Below are positions 36,105-47,959 of a stretch of 64,000 nt of DNA, piece by piece. Positions within the stretch are counted from its first letter, which is position 1; every line of letters begins with the position of its first letter. Source of the stretch: an uncultured virus (IMG/VR IMGVR_UViG_3300031943_000020) (taxonomy: Duplodnaviria; Heunggongvirae; Uroviricota; Caudoviricetes); IMG/VR virus record IMGVR_UViG_3300031943_000020; one strand, 5' to 3'. The position numbers were made by a program, and so were the translations under genes. The notes under the pieces are model-generated. The model searched no databases, had not been told where the DNA came from, and saw nothing but the letters and a program-made list of their open reading frames with translations.

Positions 36105-39100
36105 CACGATGGATCCTTCGCGTCGTCCTGTCTCTCGCCTGCCTCGGGTACGGCATCGCCTGGGCACAAGACCAGGGGCTCCTCATCAATGGCTCCCGCA
36201 CGATTGCCGGGACCATCAATGCCGCGACGACGACCGGTACGGGCAGTGCGTACCTCCTCGCCCTCAATCCCCCTATCACGGCGTATATCGACAAGCAGTG
36301 TTTTACCTTTAAGGCCCATGTGACCAATACGGGCGCTGCCACCCTCAACGTCAATGGCGTGGCCATCAGGCCCCTGAAGAAGTACGTGGGGACCGCGCTG
36401 AGTGATCTGGTAGCCGGCGATATTACGATGGGGCAAATTGTCCTCGTCTGCTACGATGGCACGGCGATGCAACTCGTGGGGACAGGCGCCAGCGGAGGTG
36501 GAGGTGGCGGCAGCCTGGGCTTTACGCCTGAGAACGTGGCCAACAAGGCGATTGCCCCGGGGCTTGGCACCTCTGACACTGCCTATCCGAGCCAGAACGC
36601 GGTGAAGAGTTATGTCGATACGGGCCTGGCGAACAAGCAGGGCACGCTCGGCTTTACCCCCGAAAATAGCGCCAACAAGTCCAATGCGGCGGCGCTCGGC
36701 ACCTCCGCTACCGTGTATCCTACTCAGGGTGCGGTCAAGAGTTATGTGGATGCGGGGTTGGCGGGGAAGGAACCCACAATCGGCTTTGTCCCCGAGAATT
36801 TCCTCAACAAGTCGCCCTCGACGACCCTGGGCACGTCTGACCTGCTCTATCCTACCCAGAAGGCCGTCAAGAGTTATGTGGATGCAGCCGTGAGCGGGGG
36901 CGCGGGTGTGGGCTATACGCCTGAGAACGTGGCCAACAAGTCGTCCTCGGCCACTCTGGGCACCTCGAACGTTCTCTACCCCACGCAGGGCGCGGTGAAA
37001 AGCTATGTCGATACGGCGCTGGGGAGTACGGGTGGTGCGGCGGGGGGTTCGGTCAAGGACGCCGCGGCCTACGGGGTCCTCTGTGACGGCCTGACGCAGA
37101 CGGCGGCCGCCTTGCAAACGGCGCTCGATACGGTACCGCTGGGCAGCAAGCTCGTCCTGCCGCCTGGGGCCTGCCTCCTCAACCAGACCCTCACCATCAC
37201 GCGCTCGCTTGCCCTGGAGGGGGCCGGTATGGAGCTGACCACCCTCCGGCAAACCGTAGCCAATATCCCGGTGCTGAAGGTGCAGGAATTTAATGTGCAT
37301 GTCACGGGGATGACCCTCAGCCATACGGGCAATCCCGTGGCGGGTGGCGATGGGCTGGTCGTGCAGACGACGTACGGGGGCGCGTTGAATGCGGTCATGT
37401 TGAGTGACCTCATGGCCAAACAGAATTGGCGCGGGTTTGTCCTCGGGCCGGTGGCGTATGCCCAGGCTACCCATATGTGGGCCGATAGTAATAACAATCA
37501 TGGGTTTGAGTTTCTCTATGAGGCCGCCTCGGGGGGGATTACGCAGTGGGATATTCTGGACGCCATCTCCCAGAAAAACCTCGGCGCCGGCTATTTTGGG
37601 CAGAACACGACCGCCGGGAATGGCATTGGTCCGTGGATTACCCAGTCCGGGAGTTTTGCGAATGACTTTGGCGGCTTTGTCTTTCAGGGGACGCCCGAGC
37701 ATCCCATTAGTGCCCTGCGTTTTAGCAATATTGGTTCCAGTACGGATAATCGTGGGGGGATTTATCTCAATACCGGCGCGGGCTCCCATACCCTGGTCAT
37801 GCCGACAGTAGAAAATGCCGGGTTGAATGGCGGCATTCCCATTGGCGCCACGGGGGTCCTCTCCGTGGCTTCCAATACGGGCCATGGAATTGAGATCACG
37901 TCGAATAATGCCTATGGGGTCATGATTAACGGCGGCACCTTTTGGAATAATAGCTGGAGTGGCGTGCTGATCAGTGCACCGTCGAGCCAGATGATCGGCG
38001 GGCAATCCGTGGGCAACGGGAAAGCCTTTGCGTCTGAGCCCCATAAACGGGCCTCCGTCTATCTGGGGGCTGAGAACATTGTGGTGACTGGGCATACGTT
38101 TCAGTATGTCGGGGATGGGTCCACCCTCTCGTATATTGAGATTTACCCCCCAGTGCTCGCGACAACGGTCATTGGCCCCAATAGTTATGCGGCCGGACTT
38201 CCTTCCGTGCCCCAGCGTGACCCGGCGGGCTCTGTCCTCGCTGGACCGGTGGGACCGCAGGGACCCGCTGGCCCGGCGGGACCTGCTGGTGGTCCGGCTG
38301 GACCTACGGGAGCGACAGGGGCGACGGGACCTGCTGGACCCGCTGGAGCGACGGGACCCGCTGGGCCGACGGGGCCAACGGGGGCCACGGGCGCGACGGG
38401 ACCTGCTGGTGGGCCGGCGGGACCGCAGGGACCCCCAGGACCGGCGGGACTCACGGGGCCGGCTGGACCGGTGGGGCCGGCGGGACTGACAGGCGCAACA
38501 GGCGCGACGGGACCCGCGGGGCCGACGGGAGCGACGGGCGCAACAGGCGCAACAGGCGCGACGGGACCGGCGGGTCCAGCGGGTCCAGCGGGACCAGGTG
38601 GGTCGGGTGGAGTCCCGGCGGGCGTGGTCTGTGACGGAGTGACCCCGACGGCGGCGGCGATCCAGACCGCTCTGGATACCGTGCCCTACGGGAGCAAAAT
38701 TACCCTGCCGGCCGGGACCTGCCTGCTCAACCAAACCCTCACCATCACCCGCTCGCTCACCCTGGAAGGCGCCGGGATGGAGCAGACCTTCTTGCGGCAA
38801 ACGGTGACCAATATCCCCGTGCTCACCGTGAGCAGTTTTAATGTGCATGTCACGGGACTGACGCTCAACCACAGCAGTAATCCCGTAGCGGGAGGCGATG
38901 GGCTGGTCATTCGTGGCCCGGACGGAAATCCCCTCAGCGCCGTCACCGTCACAGATGTCGGCGCCAATTATAACTGGCGCGGCTTTGTCTTTGGGGCAGT
39001 GGGTTATTCCCAGGCGGCGCATCTGTGGGCCATGCGCAATAACTATAACGGGTTTGAATTTCTCTATGACGCCGCGCCGGGTGGGGGCTCCCAGCAATGG

Positions 39101-40234
39101 GATATTTTTAATGCGATCTCGCAGCAAAATGGCGGGTCTGGCTTTTTTGGCTACAATGCCGCCAACGCCAATGGCATTGGGCCGTGGATTACCCAATCGG
39201 TAAGTTTTGCCAATCAGGCGGGGGGCTTTAGCTTTAATGGCACGCCCGGGTTTCCCATTAGTGACATCCGCCTGACCAATGTGATTGCGAGTACCGAAAA
39301 TTCCACCTGTATTTATCTCAATACCTACGGGGGCACGCATATCCTGATCAATCCCAATATTGAAAATGCGGGCTTCAGTGAAGGGATCCCCTATGGCTTT
39401 GCTGGGACCCTCTCGGTCGCCAGCCATATCGGGGACGGTCTGGCCCTGACGGTCAATAATACTTCTGGCATTCTCATTACTGGGGGTACGTACTGGAATA
39501 ATTCCTGGAGTGGGCTCAGTCTTGCGGCGCCCGGGGCGCAACTCATTGGGGGGCAATCCGTCAACAATGGGCTGGCGCTTGATCCCGCCTTACACCGGCG
39601 TGCGGGGGTGTTTATTGGGGCGGATAATGCGCTCGTGAGTGGCCATACCTTTCTCCATACCGGCGGGGCGTACACGTTACATTATATCTATATGGCGGGA
39701 GCCATTTCGCACGTGGAAATTGGCCATAATTCGTATCACCCCGCCCTCGCTGCGTCCGCCTGGGTCGATTCGAGTGGAGTACCGGGGCCGGTCACCCAAC
39801 TGCCGAACATGACGGGGGGTCTCGTCGTGCATACCGGCGTCACCCACGCCTATGGCCTGGGACTCTTTGATGCGGCTCCGGGGGCCGTGACCCCCCACAA
39901 ATACTTTCGGGCGACGGGGGGGCAGCTCCAGGTGATTAACGAGTTCGGGGCGATCGTGCAGACCCTGACGGATCAGGGGACTCCAGGGTGGCCGAATCGG
40001 CGCGGCCAGGTCCTTATGCCCGATAACGTCAATACCGTCACCGTTACGCTGAGTCCGGCAGAACCTGATAACCAGTATTTTGTGCAACTCACGGTGGCCA
40101 CGGGGACGTCGGTGAACCTGAGTGCGTATACCGTGGTGGGCGTCGATAAATCGCCAGGGTCCTTTCTGGTCAAGGTCGCGGCTCCCCCTGGCGCAGGCAC
40201 AGTGGTGGTCTATGATTGGTTGGTGCATCGTTAA
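36101..40234 (+). CDS. Signal-peptide protein: fibre-like N-domain, 4x PEN repeats, two pectin-lyase-like beta-helix domains, collagen-like linker
   Basis: [43 protein letters not shown] x4; duplicated GV.CDG.T.TAAA.QTALD domains; Gly-X-Y run. Confidence 0.85.
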   Translation: MTRWILRVVLSLACLGYGIAWAQDQGLLINGSRTIAGTINAATTTGTGSAYLLALNPPITAYIDKQCFTFKAHVTNTGAATLNVNGVAIRPLKKYVGTALSDLVAGDITMGQIVLVCYDGTAMQLVGTGASGGGGGGSLGFTPENVANKAIAPGLGTSDTAYPSQNAVKSYVDTGLANKQGTLGFTPENSANKSNAAALGTSATVYPTQGAVKSYVDAGLAGKEPTIGFVPENFLNKSPSTTLGTSDLLYPTQKAVKSYVDAAVSGGAGVGYTPENVANKSSSATLGTSNVLYPTQGAVKSYVDTALGSTGGAAGGSVKDAAAYGVLCDGLTQTAAALQTALDTVPLGSKLVLPPGACLLNQTLTITRSLALEGAGMELTTLRQTVANIPVLKVQEFNVHVTGMTLSHTGNPVAGGDGLVVQTTYGGALNAVMLSDLMAKQNWRGFVLGPVAYAQATHMWADSNNNHGFEFLYEAASGGITQWDILDAISQKNLGAGYFGQNTTAGNGIGPWITQSGSFANDFGGFVFQGTPEHPISALRFSNIGSSTDNRGGIYLNTGAGSHTLVMPTVENAGLNGGIPIGATGVLSVASNTGHGIEITSNNAYGVMINGGTFWNNSWSGVLISAPSSQMIGGQSVGNGKAFASEPHKRASVYLGAENIVVTGHTFQYVGDGSTLSYIEIYPPVLATTVIGPNSYAAGLPSVPQRDPAGSVLAGPVGPQGPAGPAGPAGGPAGPTGATGATGPAGPAGATGPAGPTGPTGATGATGPAGGPAGPQGPPGPAGLTGPAGPVGPAGLTGATGATGPAGPTGATGATGATGATGPAGPAGPAGPGGSGGVPAGVVCDGVTPTAAAIQTALDTVPYGSKITLPAGTCLLNQTLTITRSLTLEGAGMEQTFLRQTVTNIPVLTVSSFNVHVTGLTLNHSSNPVAGGDGLVIRGPDGNPLSAVTVTDVGANYNWRGFVFGAVGYSQAAHLWAMRNNYNGFEFLYDAAPGGGSQQWDIFNAISQQNGGSGFFGYNAANANGIGPWITQSVSFANQAGGFSFNGTPGFPISDIRLTNVIASTENSTCIYLNTYGGTHILINPNIENAGFSEGIPYGFAGTLSVASHIGDGLALTVNNTSGILITGGTYWNNSWSGLSLAAPGAQLIGGQSVNNGLALDPALHRRAGVFIGADNALVSGHTFLHTGGAYTLHYIYMAGAISHVEIGHNSYHPALAASAWVDSSGVPGPVTQLPNMTGGLVVHTGVTHAYGLGLFDAAPGAVTPHKYFRATGGQLQVINEFGAIVQTLTDQGTPGWPNRRGQVLMPDNVNTVTVTLSPAEPDNQYFVQLTVATGTSVNLSAYTVVGVDKSPGSFLVKVAAPPGAGTVVVYDWLVHR
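38243..38600 (+). repeat. Collagen-like coding repeat (GPA/GAT/GPT)
   Basis: About 40 Gly-X-Y triplets built from 9-nt repeats. Confidence 0.9.
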
Positions 40235-40253
40235 AGATGGAAAGGTCCTGTCC

Positions 40254-41726
40254 ATGGGGTCTCTTGTGCGGCTGCTCCTTCTGCTGAGTCTGCTCGTGAG
40301 CCCGACGCTCGTGTGGGCACAGCAACTCATTAATGGCTCGCGCGTGATCACGGGCACGCTCAATGCGGCGACCACCACGGGCACCAGCGTGGCCTATGTC
40401 CTCCCGCTCCAGCCCGCGATTAGTGCCTACGTAGACAAGCAGTGTTTTACCTTCAAGGCCCACCTCACGAATACCGGCCCGGCGACCTTGAATGTCAACA
40501 CCGTCGGCGCCGTGCCCCTCAAGCGCTACGTCGGCGGGACAGCGACTGAGCTGGAGGCGGGGGTCATTACGAGCGGGCAGGTGATCCTGGTCTGCTGGGA
40601 TGGCGCCGCCATGCAACTCGTCGGGACGGGTGCGGGGACGAGTGGCGGTGGCAGTGGGGCCGTGGATACGGTCTTCGGACGAAGCGGCGCCGTCGTCGCG
40701 CAGACGGGGGACTACAATGCGACCCAGGTCACCAACGCGGCCAGTACTACCGCGGCCAACGTGTTCACCCATGCCAATGGGCAATCCATGCGGAAATTGG
40801 TGCTGCCAGGGTCCACGTCGGGCAACCTGACGATGCAAGCCCCGGCGACGGCAGGGACCAGTGTGATCACGTGGCCCGCGGGCTCGCTGGATTTTACCGG
40901 GACCGGTGGCCCAGGCCAGGTCGTCAAGCAGGTCACGTCCGGAGCCGGACTCACGGTGGGCTCCCTGACGAGTAGCGATGTGGGCCTGGGGCAAGTCGAT
41001 AACAGTAGCGATGTGCAAAAAAACAGTGCGCCAGTCGCCCTCACCAACAAACTCATCGTGCCACGCGTCCCCACCTGTAGCGTCGTGACGGGAACGCCCA
41101 ATACGGTGACGCCCAATGCCGACGTCATGGATATGTGTATTCTCAATGCGCTTACCGTACCGCTGACGATCAATACCCCAACAGCCACCTCCCCAAATCC
41201 ACGGCAAGGGCAGTACCTCGAATTTCGCATCACGAGCGCGACCCCGCTAGCGCTCGCTTGGAACGCGACCGGGTATGACGCCTTAGCAGGCTCTCCACTG
41301 CCCACCCTCACCACCGGCGGGGGGGCGGAAGATCATTTTGGCTACAAATACAACATGGATACGACGAAATGGGTGCTCGTGGCTTCGACACAAGCCCCTG
41401 TGCTGGGGATGACGACGCTGGCGAGTAGTACGACCTATACCTGCCCTGCGACCAGTAACCAGTGTGAAATGCAAATGACCGGCGCGGCGGGGACGGTCAC
41501 GATTGCGCCACCCTCGGGCACGGCGGGGAATGGCAAAATGCTCATGCTGAGGCTGATGTGTACCAACACGCAAACGATCGCTATGACGACCGGAGCTGGG
41601 GCCTATGTGGCATCGCCGAACGTTCCGCTAGTCACAACATGCCCCGCAGGCACGGCAGCCTGGACGGCAATGGGAGTGATATACAGCTCAGTGACGAATA
41701 GATGGCAGCTCTATGCTACAAACTGA
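40254..41726 (+). CDS. Signal-peptide fibre-like protein sharing its N-domain with 36101-40234
   Basis: [67 protein letters not shown]. Confidence 0.8.
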   Translation: MGSLVRLLLLLSLLVSPTLVWAQQLINGSRVITGTLNAATTTGTSVAYVLPLQPAISAYVDKQCFTFKAHLTNTGPATLNVNTVGAVPLKRYVGGTATELEAGVITSGQVILVCWDGAAMQLVGTGAGTSGGGSGAVDTVFGRSGAVVAQTGDYNATQVTNAASTTAANVFTHANGQSMRKLVLPGSTSGNLTMQAPATAGTSVITWPAGSLDFTGTGGPGQVVKQVTSGAGLTVGSLTSSDVGLGQVDNSSDVQKNSAPVALTNKLIVPRVPTCSVVTGTPNTVTPNADVMDMCILNALTVPLTINTPTATSPNPRQGQYLEFRITSATPLALAWNATGYDALAGSPLPTLTTGGGAEDHFGYKYNMDTTKWVLVASTQAPVLGMTTLASSTTYTCPATSNQCEMQMTGAAGTVTIAPPSGTAGNGKMLMLRLMCTNTQTIAMTTGAGAYVASPNVPLVTTCPAGTAAWTAMGVIYSSVTNRWQLYATN

Positions 41727-41749
41727 ACTATAGTAGGAGTAAGAGAACG

Positions 41750-42286
41750 ATGTTCAGATATGTCGTATGGGTAGGGGTACTTATCCTCCTGCTTGGTGTA
41801 CAACAGGTAAGTGCTGAGTGTACTGACGCACAGCTCTTCACAGAAGTTTCGACAGACCCGTCTGTCCCCCCGCTGAACTATGCGACGGCGTACGGGCAGC
41901 CCGTCATCCTCGGGAGTAAGGGGAATGACCAGGCCCTCCTCGATGCGCTCAACCTGGTCCGCCAGGGTGCGCAGTTCCAGATTCAGCGGACCCTCATGCC
42001 GGCCTATGAGATTGCGGCCTTGATGAATCCTGCCGAGTTTGAGGCGCTCACCGACATCAAACGGCAACAACTCGTGTCGCTATTTGCCCCACTCCAGGTA
42101 GACGTGAGTTCCCAAAACATGCGCGATATTTTGTTTAATGGTCCAACCTCCATCTTTCCCAATCCTGGTGCCACCCGTACGGCCCTGATTAATGCCGTGA
42201 AGCGTCAGGGCAGTCGAGCGGAGGTCGTGTGTGGGAGCAACCGCACGCTCGGACAACTCTCACAAGCCATTCGTGGCACACAATAG
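41750..42286 (+). CDS. Signal-peptide hypothetical protein
   Basis: MFRYVVWVGVLILLLGVQQVSA|E. Confidence 0.7.
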   Translation: MFRYVVWVGVLILLLGVQQVSAECTDAQLFTEVSTDPSVPPLNYATAYGQPVILGSKGNDQALLDALNLVRQGAQFQIQRTLMPAYEIAALMNPAEFEALTDIKRQQLVSLFAPLQVDVSSQNMRDILFNGPTSIFPNPGATRTALINAVKRQGSRAEVVCGSNRTLGQLSQAIRGTQ

Positions 42287-42297
42287 GGGGCAGCACC

Positions 42298-42810
42298 ATG
42301 AAACGTCTGATACTCCTCCCTGTGCTGCTCCTGTGTCTGAGTGCGTTGCAGGTCGAAGCGCTGACGCTCAAGCAAAATCTTGGCACCAGCACGACGATCC
42401 TCGACAACACACAACTGGTCTCGCTGGGAGCGAATGCCTATTCAGCAGCAGGTCCGGTCTATGATAACGCGGTGGGGCAGGCGGGTGATGGTGCCCTGCG
42501 GTGTCGCCTAGAACTCTCGGTAATCTTTGCCGCCGCGCCGACGGCCAATACGGCGGTCGTCGTCTGGCTCGTCCGTTCCTTGGATGGCACCAACTATGAA
42601 CCAACGCCCACCACGGCTGTGGGTCCTGGCAGTGCCCTGGCCATTGCGTTTCCGGTGAATAGTGGTCAGGTCTCTACCCGTGGGGTCGCAGATATTGATT
42701 GTCCACCAGGGCGGTTTAAAGCGGTGCTCAAGAATGACAATACGGGGCAAGCCTTCACGGGTGGCACGCAAACCCTCAAGATTGCGCCTATTGTCTTTAC
42801 AGGGAATTAG
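42298..42810 (+). CDS. Signal-peptide hypothetical beta protein
   Basis: MKRLILLPVLLLCLSALQVEA|L. Confidence 0.7.
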   Translation: MKRLILLPVLLLCLSALQVEALTLKQNLGTSTTILDNTQLVSLGANAYSAAGPVYDNAVGQAGDGALRCRLELSVIFAAAPTANTAVVVWLVRSLDGTNYEPTPTTAVGPGSALAIAFPVNSGQVSTRGVADIDCPPGRFKAVLKNDNTGQAFTGGTQTLKIAPIVFTGN

Positions 42811-42812
42811 CC

Positions 42813-43637
42813 ATGCTCGTCCTGCTTCTTCTCCTGCTGGTCTGGCCCTCGATGGTGGACGCGCAACTTGCGTCTGTCGATAGCAATGCCTCACTCAGGA
42901 AGGGGCTTGTCGGCCAGTGGATCGCCGCCCCACCCACGATGGGTGGCGTCACCTGGTATCCCCAGGTGGGGCAAGACAAAGGGACCTTGACGAACATGGC
43001 GAGCGCGACCAGTGGCTGGCAACCAACCACGCGCCCTGGTGGTGCTGGGGAAATGCGTTTTGATGGAAGCGATGATCGTATTAGTGTGACCACGCAGGTG
43101 ATGGTGGCCAATCTGAATGCCTTTAGTGTCTGCTTATGGTTTCGCTCCACCTCGACCGGGGGGCAACAACTCTATACTGAAGGCGTACCCGGATGGCCCG
43201 ACATGATGCTCGTCATTGGGTGGGTGGCGAACGAAGTGAGTTTTAACAACTACGACTCCGCGACGGGCATTGAAGCCCACGGCGCACCGCCGTTTCCCAT
43301 CGATAGTAACGTCTGGCAACATGTCTGCGGGGTGCAACTCAGTAAGAGTAGTGCGCAGGTGTATGCAAACGGCAAGCTCATTGCGGGCAGTAGCGGCAGT
43401 CTCGGCGCCGTCAGCCCGACGCTGCGGACCTTTGGTAGCAATACGGCTGGGGCGAATCCTCTCCTCGGTGCGCTCGATGATATTCGCACCTATACCCGCG
43501 CCCTCAGTGCGTCCGAGGTGGCGCAACTCTATGCGCAGTCCTCCCGGAACATGTTGCAACAGGCGATGCGCGGCCAGGGGGTCTTTGCGGCGTCCGTGTT
43601 TCGTGGGTCACTGATGCCCTTTTTCTCTTTACCCTAG
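42813..43637 (+). CDS. Signal-peptide LamG/concanavalin-like lectin domain protein
   Basis: GLVGQW..FDGSDD..FSVCLWF..WQHVCG..YANG..GALDDIRTYTRALSASEVAQLY. Confidence 0.85.
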   Translation: MLVLLLLLLVWPSMVDAQLASVDSNASLRKGLVGQWIAAPPTMGGVTWYPQVGQDKGTLTNMASATSGWQPTTRPGGAGEMRFDGSDDRISVTTQVMVANLNAFSVCLWFRSTSTGGQQLYTEGVPGWPDMMLVIGWVANEVSFNNYDSATGIEAHGAPPFPIDSNVWQHVCGVQLSKSSAQVYANGKLIAGSSGSLGAVSPTLRTFGSNTAGANPLLGALDDIRTYTRALSASEVAQLYAQSSRNMLQQAMRGQGVFAASVFRGSLMPFFSLP

Positions 43638-43646
43638 GAGTTCTGT

Positions 43647-46600
43647 ATGCTCCATGCCCTGTCTGTCCTTGTTCTGCTCCTGTGTTGGACGTCCCAGGTC
43701 TGGGCGACCACGCGGTATGCCTCGCCCGGTGCCTCAGGTGGATTGCCCTGTCCACGGAACGCGCCCTGTAGCGTGCGAACCTGTATTGAAGCGACCTTTG
43801 CCGGTGATCAGTGCTTCTTGCGCGCTGGCACCTACGACGTGAGCATTCGTACTTCGGATATGGCCATTCGTAGCGGGACGAGTGATAGCAATAGGGTGGT
43901 TATTGCTGGTGATCCTGCGGACCCGCCGCAGAGCGCCATTATTCGGCCAACCAGCGGCGGAGTCGTCATTGGGGTGGAATGGAATCAGGCAACATCCTAT
44001 GTGACCTTTGAGAATATGGTGCTTGATGCTGGAGGGATTAGCGGCGACGGCATTAATTCGCAGGGACCCGACGTGCATCATATTCGCTGGAAAGATCTGG
44101 AAGTGAAGAATGCCATGGGCATGGGGCCTTCATGTGGTCTTGGTGGTCCTGAGTCCTGCCCCGGGAAGAATGGTGTTGATGGCCATAGCGAGGGCAATGG
44201 GGGCCATCACCAGGAATTTCTCAATCTCAAAGTGCACCATAATGGTTTTAACCGTTTAAGCCATAATATGTATATGGTCTGTAATGACTGTATTGTTGAC
44301 GGTGGGGAATATTACGATAGTGAAGGCTATGGGCTGCAAATCTATAACAGTGCTTGTGGTGGAACAGGATGTAATCATCGTTTTATCGTGCGCAATGTCA
44401 AAGTTCATGATAATCGTGGGGATGGTGGCCTTACGGTCAACTATGGCAACGATATCAAGGTCTACAACAATCTTATTTATAATAATAATAGTGGTGGCAT
44501 CCGCGCGATCTGTTACGGCAATACCAACAACACCCAGATTTATAATAATACGTTCTATGGCAATAATGGTGCTGGCCTTGAAATTTGTGGTGGCATAACC
44601 AATACGCAGGTGAAAAATAACATCTTCATGAACAACGGGGCGATTGGTGGTGAAAATGCCGAGAGTGGTGGCACGACCCCTGCCAATAATTTGTGCTTCA
44701 ATACCGGGGGCACTACCACCGGATGTACCCATTCTGGCGACCCACGGTTTATGAATGCTGGCTTAGCGGATTTTCGTCTCCAAAGTACCAGTGCTGCCAA
44801 GAACCAGGGGGCGAATCTCGCGAGCGCGGGCGTCACCGATGATTTTGTGCATTTCCCGCGTCCCAGTGGCGGTGTCTACGATATTGGCGCCTATGAGTTT
44901 GATGAAGGTGGAGGTCCTCCCCCGCCAACTGGCCCCACGGTGCGCTATATGGCTCCTGCCGGGAGTGGTGGACTCGATAGTTACACCTGTGCGGAGGCTG
45001 CAAACAATACCGCGAAACCCCATGCCACTTTTGCCAAAGCGATTACCTGTATGGCCGCTGGTGATACACTCCAGCTTCGAGGTGGTACTTACTCACAACG
45101 TCTCCAACCGAGTAGCTATACCTCGCATCCCGATGGCACGGATTATGGCAGTGGTGCTGTCACACTTATGAGTTACCCTGGAGAAACCGCCATCATTACC
45201 CAAGTGGTGGATTTTAGTTGGGATTCCAACCTCCACTATTGGATCTTTAAAGACTTAACATTTGATGGAACAGCCTCAGCCCAAGCAAACGGGACATCTG
45301 AAGCATTTTGGTTTGGACAAGGTGTCCACCACATCCGTCTTGATAATATCACCGTACAGCGCCAACTGGGGGGATGGACAGGGATTGCGATTAATGGTCA
45401 GGCCAGTGACCGTATTGAAATCATCAATTCCCGCATTAGTGGCTTTGAATATGCTTTCTATATGCGGGGGACCAATTGGCTTGTCAATAACAATGAAATC
45501 TACAACAATGAGGGCTATGGTGTCCATGTCTATGATTCTGGGTCTACCATTGTTTCAGGCAACATTATTTCCAACAACTATATCCACGACAATGGTCAAT
45601 CCCTTGCCCATGGTACGCTCAGTGCAGGCATTACGATTGGTCATGGCACTGATAATCGTGCTATTAATAATATCGTCACAGGTCAGGGTATCCAAGGGAA
45701 TTGCCTTGCTGGTATTCAAATAGGCAATCAAGCTACCAACCACAAAATCTACAACAACACTATTGTCGATAATGGCACTTGTCCAGGCATTAGTATTAAT
45801 GCTGGTGATCCTGTTGGCACCGATATTCAAAATAACATCATCTTTAACAACACCGGCGGACAGATCCAAGACAATGGGACTCCGTTCACCTCGGGGAAGA
45901 ACCTGTGTGGTGCAGCAGGCACTGGTTGCCAACTGGTCACAACGACCTCGCCAGTCGTCGGCACCGGCTCTGGTGCGAATAAATACAAAATGGTGGCTGG
46001 GAGCCCGGCGATTGATGCCGGCAACACGCTGGCCGCGGTGCCCACCGATATTGCTGGAGTAAGTCGCCCACAACCGTCGGATGGCTCGTATGACATCGGG
46101 GCGTATGAAATGCCTGCGGGTGGGGGGCGTGTCAGTCCAGGGACCTTCTGGGTATCCTCCTCTGGCGTCGATCCGCCTACGAGAACGTGTGGTGCTGCCC
46201 TCAACAACATCAATGCGCCGCTCCTCACCTTCAACGCCGGAAGGGCCTGTCTCGCGGTGGCCGGGGACAAGCTCTTCCTCCGTGGAGGGAGTTATGACGC
46301 CACGATGTATACGGGCACACAGCCCATTGCGAGTGGCACGAGTTGGGCTGAGGCAACGACCATTGCCGCCTACAACACGGAACCTGTGACCCTCATCCTC
46401 CCGACGACCTCCGATATCGTGATGTACTTTAACGCGAGTGACCGCTTTATTATCCTCGATCGCCTCACGTTCGACTGTCACAATCAAGCCAACAGTAATG
46501 GTCTGGCGATGGCGACCGGCACGCACCATATTCGGTTTCAAAATGGGGAAATTAAGAACTGTCACTTTGAGCCCGTGTATATTGAAGGGAGCGATAACAA

Positions 46601-47315
46601 CGAAATACTCAATAGCGCTATTCATGGCAGTGCCCTGAAAGACTGTATTGGCCTGAATGTCGGGAGTGATAACACGATCCTGCGGGGCAATACGATCCAT
46701 ACCTGCCCAAGCGCCGGTATCCTGGCTGGCAGTCCCAACACGGGCACCGTGATCCGGGATAACGTCATTCATGACGCCGGCACCGATACCCCGAGTGCCA
46801 AGGCCGGGATTATGACGGCGGGCGCGACCAGCCCGGTCATCATTAACAACCTGGTGTACAACAATTACCGCGGCATCCACCTTCAGGCGGGCACCACGAA
46901 TGACGCGAAGGTGTTCAACAACACGGTGCATGGCAACGCGACGCAGGGGGTCCAGATTGATGCGACGGCGGGGGCGGTCGTGACGAATAATATTGTCGCG
47001 GCCAATACGATCGCCCAGATTGTGAATAACGGCTCAGGACCGACGCCCACGACGAACCTGACCACGGCGCCCCCCTTTGATCCGGCATTCCCGAACAAAT
47101 TTCACCTCACCAGCGCCGCGACGACGGCGATTGACGTAGGCACGCCGCTCACGGCCGATGTGCCCAAGGACTATGAGGGTATTGACCGTCCCCAGGGGGC
47201 GGGGTATGACATTGGCGCCAGTGAGTTTGTCGGCACCATCGTGCCAGAAGAGCCTCCGCCCGGTATCGCGATCCGCATGCCATACTGGCGGGGACAAGGC
47301 TTTTTCTGGCGCTAG
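43647..47315 (+). CDS. Signal-peptide protein with three right-handed parallel beta-helix modules
   Basis: Each module begins AGD.L.LRGG.Y and ends D..G..RP.G..YDIGA.E; Asn-rich IYNNT repeats. Confidence 0.85.
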   Translation: MLHALSVLVLLLCWTSQVWATTRYASPGASGGLPCPRNAPCSVRTCIEATFAGDQCFLRAGTYDVSIRTSDMAIRSGTSDSNRVVIAGDPADPPQSAIIRPTSGGVVIGVEWNQATSYVTFENMVLDAGGISGDGINSQGPDVHHIRWKDLEVKNAMGMGPSCGLGGPESCPGKNGVDGHSEGNGGHHQEFLNLKVHHNGFNRLSHNMYMVCNDCIVDGGEYYDSEGYGLQIYNSACGGTGCNHRFIVRNVKVHDNRGDGGLTVNYGNDIKVYNNLIYNNNSGGIRAICYGNTNNTQIYNNTFYGNNGAGLEICGGITNTQVKNNIFMNNGAIGGENAESGGTTPANNLCFNTGGTTTGCTHSGDPRFMNAGLADFRLQSTSAAKNQGANLASAGVTDDFVHFPRPSGGVYDIGAYEFDEGGGPPPPTGPTVRYMAPAGSGGLDSYTCAEAANNTAKPHATFAKAITCMAAGDTLQLRGGTYSQRLQPSSYTSHPDGTDYGSGAVTLMSYPGETAIITQVVDFSWDSNLHYWIFKDLTFDGTASAQANGTSEAFWFGQGVHHIRLDNITVQRQLGGWTGIAINGQASDRIEIINSRISGFEYAFYMRGTNWLVNNNEIYNNEGYGVHVYDSGSTIVSGNIISNNYIHDNGQSLAHGTLSAGITIGHGTDNRAINNIVTGQGIQGNCLAGIQIGNQATNHKIYNNTIVDNGTCPGISINAGDPVGTDIQNNIIFNNTGGQIQDNGTPFTSGKNLCGAAGTGCQLVTTTSPVVGTGSGANKYKMVAGSPAIDAGNTLAAVPTDIAGVSRPQPSDGSYDIGAYEMPAGGGRVSPGTFWVSSSGVDPPTRTCGAALNNINAPLLTFNAGRACLAVAGDKLFLRGGSYDATMYTGTQPIASGTSWAEATTIAAYNTEPVTLILPTTSDIVMYFNASDRFIILDRLTFDCHNQANSNGLAMATGTHHIRFQNGEIKNCHFEPVYIEGSDNNEILNSAIHGSALKDCIGLNVGSDNTILRGNTIHTCPSAGILAGSPNTGTVIRDNVIHDAGTDTPSAKAGIMTAGATSPVIINNLVYNNYRGIHLQAGTTNDAKVFNNTVHGNATQGVQIDATAGAVVTNNIVAANTIAQIVNNGSGPTPTTNLTTAPPFDPAFPNKFHLTSAATTAIDVGTPLTADVPKDYEGIDRPQGAGYDIGASEFVGTIVPEEPPPGIAIRMPYWRGQGFFWR

Positions 47316-47349
47316 GCTGACTCGACGCTCGCGCTAGAAAGGATACAGT

Positions 47350-47934
47350 ATGCGACCGTTCCTTGTGGCCATTCTTGGGGGGCTGCTCCTCGCGGCTGGT
47401 CTCCTCTCTGCCCAACCGAAGACGCCGGGTCTCCGTGGTGTACCAGTGCCCGCCCCGCAAGCCGAGCCCACGCCGGTGACGAAGGCGCCGCAGGCTGACA
47501 CGCGGGCGACCGTGCAAATGAGTGACGCCATGGTAATCCTGGCGCCCCATCTGAGGGTACGGACGTGTATGCTCCAGATTACGCCTACGGGAGGTGATGA
47601 TGTCTTGCGGAAGGGCCATGACCAGGTGGATGCGTGTAGTCATGAGTACGGCGTGGACTGGACGATCAAGACCATAAGTTGCTATGCCAACAATGGGACG
47701 CCCACGGTGACCCTGAAGTTGACCGGCGGCAACGAGACCTCCATTGTCGCGCAGCCGATCCCGTGTGGCGAGCGCACCTGGATGTCCGGGCCGGTGAATG
47801 GGGCGCCCCTCCTGCATTCGTTCTCCGGGCTCGGGTCCACCTGTGCGCAATCCCCCTGCTCCCTGGAGGCGAGCGTCGCCACGGTGACGGGGGTAAGCAA
47901 CTGGATAATCCTTAGAATTACAGGACAGTTATGA
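47350..47934 (+). CDS. Signal-peptide Cys-rich hypothetical protein
   Basis: MRPFLVAILGGLLLAAGLLSA|Q. Confidence 0.7.
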   Translation: MRPFLVAILGGLLLAAGLLSAQPKTPGLRGVPVPAPQAEPTPVTKAPQADTRATVQMSDAMVILAPHLRVRTCMLQITPTGGDDVLRKGHDQVDACSHEYGVDWTIKTISCYANNGTPTVTLKLTGGNETSIVAQPIPCGERTWMSGPVNGAPLLHSFSGLGSTCAQSPCSLEASVATVTGVSNWIILRITGQL

Positions 47935-47959
47935 CTCATTCTAGCATAAGGATACGCGC

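Noticed and set aside
36023..39556. 1177-aa minus-strand ORF and other long antisense ORFs (e.g. 24498-26471, 30509-32074)
   Set aside because: Shadow frames of GC-rich + strand genes with clear domain content.
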